This document shows positions 60,684 to 64,000 of a stretch of 64,000 nt of DNA, piece by piece (position 1 is the first letter of the stretch; each line of letters begins with the position of its first letter). The notes beneath the pieces are model-generated. The model searched no databases. It was given only the letters and a program-made list of their open reading frames with translations, and was not told where the DNA came from. Made by a program: the position numbers and the translations under genes. The stretch is from an uncultured Verrucomicrobiae bacterium (GTDB taxonomy: Bacteria > Verrucomicrobiota > Verrucomicrobiia > Chthoniobacterales > Chthoniobacteraceae): the NCBI GenBank assembly GCA_963769025.1, contig CAVYKI010000009.1:928001-992000 (forward strand), written 5' to 3'.

Positions 60684-62567
60684 ATGAAACAGCCATTCTC
60701 TCACACGTCCGCCCTCGTCCTCGCCCTGGCCTTTTCCGCACACGCCGCGCCGCAAGTCACGCCGCTCTTCGACGCGAGCACGAAACTCGAACCCGCCACG
60801 CTGGAGGAAACATCCGACGCGCTCATCACGCGCCTCGGGGACCGCGCGCGCAGCCGTCATGCGCGCGAAGGGCAGTTTCACTCGTATGATCTCTACGCCA
60901 CATTCTATTGGGAGGAGCGCACCATCGGCATCGAGATTGTGGACCGCATCGCGAAAGGCGGAAAGGATGTGATCTTCACCTACGACACGCTCGCGGAGCT
61001 GAGCGCACCGGAGTTCCGCGCCTTCTTCCGCGGCATCAACACGGAGGCCGAATATCATCTCAACACGGCCGCGCCGCTCATTGCGCCGAATCGTCGCTCG
61101 GTGACGGTGAAGCACAACGTGATTGAGAAGCGCCCGCTGCAAGTCGGCGACCGCATCGAGGTGGAAATCAGCCAGTTCATGAAAGCGCCGAAGCACGGCC
61201 AGAAGAACTATTACGGCACCGCATTCCTCTACGTCGTCGGGCGCGGCGTCGTGCCGTGGGAGGGCAAGGGCGAGAAGCTCGACTCGTTTCCGCTGCCCGA
61301 GAAGGCGTGGCTCGGTGGGCTGACGACGTTGCCCTATCATTACTCGGGCGAGCCGGTGCATCGCTTCAAGCAGATGGCCGGCAATATCGCGCCGGTGAGC
61401 GCGCAGCCGTTCATGCTCGGGCGCCGACTGCATCACACGGACTTCGCGAGCGGCGCACATTCGGAGAAAGGGAATCCGGTTTTCGAAGAGCAGAAGGGCA
61501 AGCTCGGGCCGCGGTTCGTCGCGCAGAGTTGCATCGCTTGCCACGTCAACAACGGTCGCGCGCTGCCGCCGGAAATTGGCAAGCCGATGTATCGGACGGT
61601 CATCAAAGTCGGCGCGGATGCGAAAGGCACGCCGCATCCGAAACTCGGCAGCGCGTTGCAGCCGCAATCCAGCAACGGCAAACCCGAGGCCGGCGCGAGC
61701 ATCGCAAGCTGGCAGAACATCGACGGCAAGTACGCCGACGGCACGCCATTCTCGCTGCGCAAGCCGGTGTATGCGTTCACAGGCGAGACGCCTTCGCACT
61801 TCTCCATGCGACTCACGCCGCAGCTTGTGGGTCTCGGATTGCTGGAGGCGATTGACGAAGCGGACGTGCTCGCGCTCGCAGAGGCGAATCACAAGCGCGG
61901 CGACGGCGTGCGCGGACGCGCGCAAATCGTGAGCGACGAAGATGGCAGGCCGCGCCTCGGACGCTTCGGCTACAAGGCCGCGCAGCCGAGCGTACGGCAT
62001 CAGATCGCCAGTGCGTTCAACAGCGACATGGGCGTGACGACTTCGGCTTTTCACAAGCTCGACGATGGCACCGACCGCAAATCGGCACTCTCAGACGCCG
62101 ACCTCGCGAACCTCACGCGCTACGTCAGCACGCTCGGCGTCAGCGCGCGTCGCGACCTCGCCGACGCGGATGCACTGCGCGGTGAGCAGCTCTTTGCAAA
62201 AGCCAACTGCACCGCCTGCCACACACCGAGCTTCACCACGAGCAAGCATCACCCTTTTGCCGAACTGCGCGGACAAAAGATTCAGCCCTTCACCGACCTG
62301 CTGCTGCACGACATGGGCGCAGGCCTCGCCGACAGCCTCGGAGAACACGAAGCCACCGGAGCCGAGTGGCGCACGCCGCCGCTCTGGAGCATCGGCCTCA
62401 CGGCTGGCGTGAGCGGCGGCGAAGCGTATCTGCACGATGGCCGCGCGCGGACCCTCGAGGAAGCCATCCTCTGGCACGGCGGCGAAGGCGAGCGCTCAAA
62501 GGAATCCTTCCGCTCGATGCCCGCTGCCGACCGCGCCGCGCTGGTCAAGTTCCTCAGGTCACTCTGA
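60684..62567 (+). CDS. Secreted di-heme oxidoreductase family (DHOR/DUF1111-like) protein with N-terminal extension
   Basis: Signal peptide; LGP.F...SCIACH..NGR, P.LVGLGLLEAI, GRFG.KA, CTACH, TDLLLHDMG, WRTPPLW, YLHDGRARTLEEAILWH.GE. Confidence 0.92.
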   Translation: MKQPFSHTSALVLALAFSAHAAPQVTPLFDASTKLEPATLEETSDALITRLGDRARSRHAREGQFHSYDLYATFYWEERTIGIEIVDRIAKGGKDVIFTYDTLAELSAPEFRAFFRGINTEAEYHLNTAAPLIAPNRRSVTVKHNVIEKRPLQVGDRIEVEISQFMKAPKHGQKNYYGTAFLYVVGRGVVPWEGKGEKLDSFPLPEKAWLGGLTTLPYHYSGEPVHRFKQMAGNIAPVSAQPFMLGRRLHHTDFASGAHSEKGNPVFEEQKGKLGPRFVAQSCIACHVNNGRALPPEIGKPMYRTVIKVGADAKGTPHPKLGSALQPQSSNGKPEAGASIASWQNIDGKYADGTPFSLRKPVYAFTGETPSHFSMRLTPQLVGLGLLEAIDEADVLALAEANHKRGDGVRGRAQIVSDEDGRPRLGRFGYKAAQPSVRHQIASAFNSDMGVTTSAFHKLDDGTDRKSALSDADLANLTRYVSTLGVSARRDLADADALRGEQLFAKANCTACHTPSFTTSKHHPFAELRGQKIQPFTDLLLHDMGAGLADSLGEHEATGAEWRTPPLWSIGLTAGVSGGEAYLHDGRARTLEEAILWHGGEGERSKESFRSMPAADRAALVKFLRSL

Positions 62568-62679
62568 GCCGCAGTTCGAGTCCCATTCCAAGGGGGTACG
62601 CTCACCCGGAACCGTCCGGCAATACGCACGTTGTGCTTCCTACCGAGCACCGACAGGCCGCTTTCTTCGCTAGCTCTCG

Positions 62680-63900
62680 TCACTCGCGCCCTTGGAACTG
62701 CTCCTCCCTCGGGAGCGCGTTCACTTTCCAAGTGGCGGGATAAAAGCGGACGATGCGGCGCGGCCGGAAACCCTCCAGCAGCATGTCGCATTTCACCTGG
62801 ATCTGGACGCCGCTGCTGCCGGGCTCGGCGGGGATTTTTTTGATGTCGAGAATGTTGCCGCCTTTGCGGTCGTTCACGGGATCGTAGGTCATCAGGCTGT
62901 CGCGAGCGACGGCGATGGTGCCTTTCGGCGCTTCCGGATTGTCGGGCTCCTTCGAAAGCGGCCAGCCGATTTTGTCGCTGTTGGTGAGCCTGAGTTCGTC
63001 GAAGAGCTTCTCATCCACGCCGCCGAAGAAAGTGATCGTGACGATCTGCTGTTCGTCGTCCACGGCCTGCACCCAACCGGCGAGACCACGCTCGCGGATG
63101 TGATTACGGTGCCGCTCAAGCTGCTGGGCAGTGGCAAGTGCGCGGCTACGTTCATCTAGCCAGATGTCGGTGATGCGGCCGGGGCCGTAGAGGGTGACCC
63201 ATGTGAAATTGAAGAGGACGGTCTGCCCGGGTTGCAGCGCCTCAAGATCGGCAAAGCCCTCGCCGCGCATCACCCGGGTGCTGGTGAGCAGGTCGAAAAT
63301 CCTCGGCTGTCCGCTTGCCTGGCCTTTGTCGATCAGCGTGGCGGTGAGTTTTTTCTCCGCGAGGTTCACGGAGTCGATTTTCCAGAGGTGCTGCTGGCGC
63401 AAATGAAAGCTGAAGTCGTCCTCGATGCGGAAGCAGCGCCGGAAATCCGACTCGGGCGTCTTGCGCTTGTAGGCAGTATCCGGAAGCGGAGCGTTGTCGT
63501 TCGGATCCTTCAGGTAAAAAAGCCCGTGCAGATGCGTGCCAAGCGGGATGTCCTGCAGCGCTGCGGGCGCTCCGTGGTAATAGATGGATCCGTAGGGCAG
63601 CATCGTGGCATCGAGAGGCAAATCCCAGACGCCGCGTTCCTGGCTGTCGTTGCGATCCACCCGGATCTGGAAACGGCGCTCCAGGTGATCGACCTGCATC
63701 AGTTCACCTGAAATCGCATGCGCCGAGCCTTCCGGCGGGAACTCCCCCTCCACGGGCAGAAACCACTCGGGCACGGTGCTCTTCTCCTTCGGGTTCTTCT
63801 TTGCGGTGGCGGTCACGGGGCCGTCGGCATCCGTGCGGAATTTCGGCGGCTCGGCGTGGAGAATGGCGACGGCGAGGAGGAGTGCGATGAGCGGGCGCAT
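62680..63900 (-). CDS. Secreted hypothetical protein
   Basis: 406-aa ORF with signal peptide MRPLIALLLAVAILHA; beta-rich; no family recognised. Confidence 0.75.
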   Translation of the reverse strand: MRPLIALLLAVAILHAEPPKFRTDADGPVTATAKKNPKEKSTVPEWFLPVEGEFPPEGSAHAISGELMQVDHLERRFQIRVDRNDSQERGVWDLPLDATMLPYGSIYYHGAPAALQDIPLGTHLHGLFYLKDPNDNAPLPDTAYKRKTPESDFRRCFRIEDDFSFHLRQQHLWKIDSVNLAEKKLTATLIDKGQASGQPRIFDLLTSTRVMRGEGFADLEALQPGQTVLFNFTWVTLYGPGRITDIWLDERSRALATAQQLERHRNHIRERGLAGWVQAVDDEQQIVTITFFGGVDEKLFDELRLTNSDKIGWPLSKEPDNPEAPKGTIAVARDSLMTYDPVNDRKGGNILDIKKIPAEPGSSGVQIQVKCDMLLEGFRPRRIVRFYPATWKVNALPREEQFQGRE

Positions 63901-64000
63901 GAAGATGGATGGTAAGAATCGGGCGCTGAGCGATACGACAGAAGGAACAGCGCAGACAGATCCGGCGAACTTTTCCACCATCGTATCGCTGTCTGCAGCT

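Noticed and set aside
62571..62590. GTTCGAGTCCC resembling a tRNA T-loop or att remnant
   Set aside because: No T-stem pairing and no match to the 3' end of either tRNA in the window.

Overview
High-GC bacterial chromosomal segment. Its gene content (DUF1549/DUF1553 plus DUF1501 pairs, double-length UvrA, Rhodopirellula/Verrucomicrobium-type ECF sigma, MoxR-vWA-DUF4159 operon) points to the PVC superphylum, most likely Verrucomicrobia; this is inference. I can support about 43 protein genes and 2 tRNAs (Ala-CGC, Pro-GGG). Housekeeping genes: dnaX, proC, bioF, pepA, serA, uvrA, an HU/IHF gene and a D,D-carboxypeptidase. Multi-gene systems of unknown function: (1) a circularly permuted ATP-grasp / alpha-E / transglutaminase operon; (2) an 8-gene TPR-peptidase / DUF4159 / MoxR / DUF58 / vWA / coiled-coil / GATase-like / caspase-like operon; (3) two DUF1553-DUF1501 modules flanking a sulfatase and an esterase; (4) an ECF sigma / FecR-LamG / di-heme oxidoreductase module. 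Several genes carry clustered indels that look like long-read errors. Two signals stand out beyond the gene list. First, two related GTAG-type inverted REP doublets (REPIN-like), and probably a third heptamer-based element, lie inside uvrA and are translated as part of the protein. Second, an identical bipartite motif CGGTAAA-N11-CCGCACAT sits just upstream of both the ECF sigma gene and the di-heme oxidoreductase gene, with a degenerate copy before the divergent LRR gene, which predicts that sigma factor's promoter and regulon. No CRISPR array, rRNA, integrase or transposase was seen. Product calls come from motif recognition only; no searches were run.
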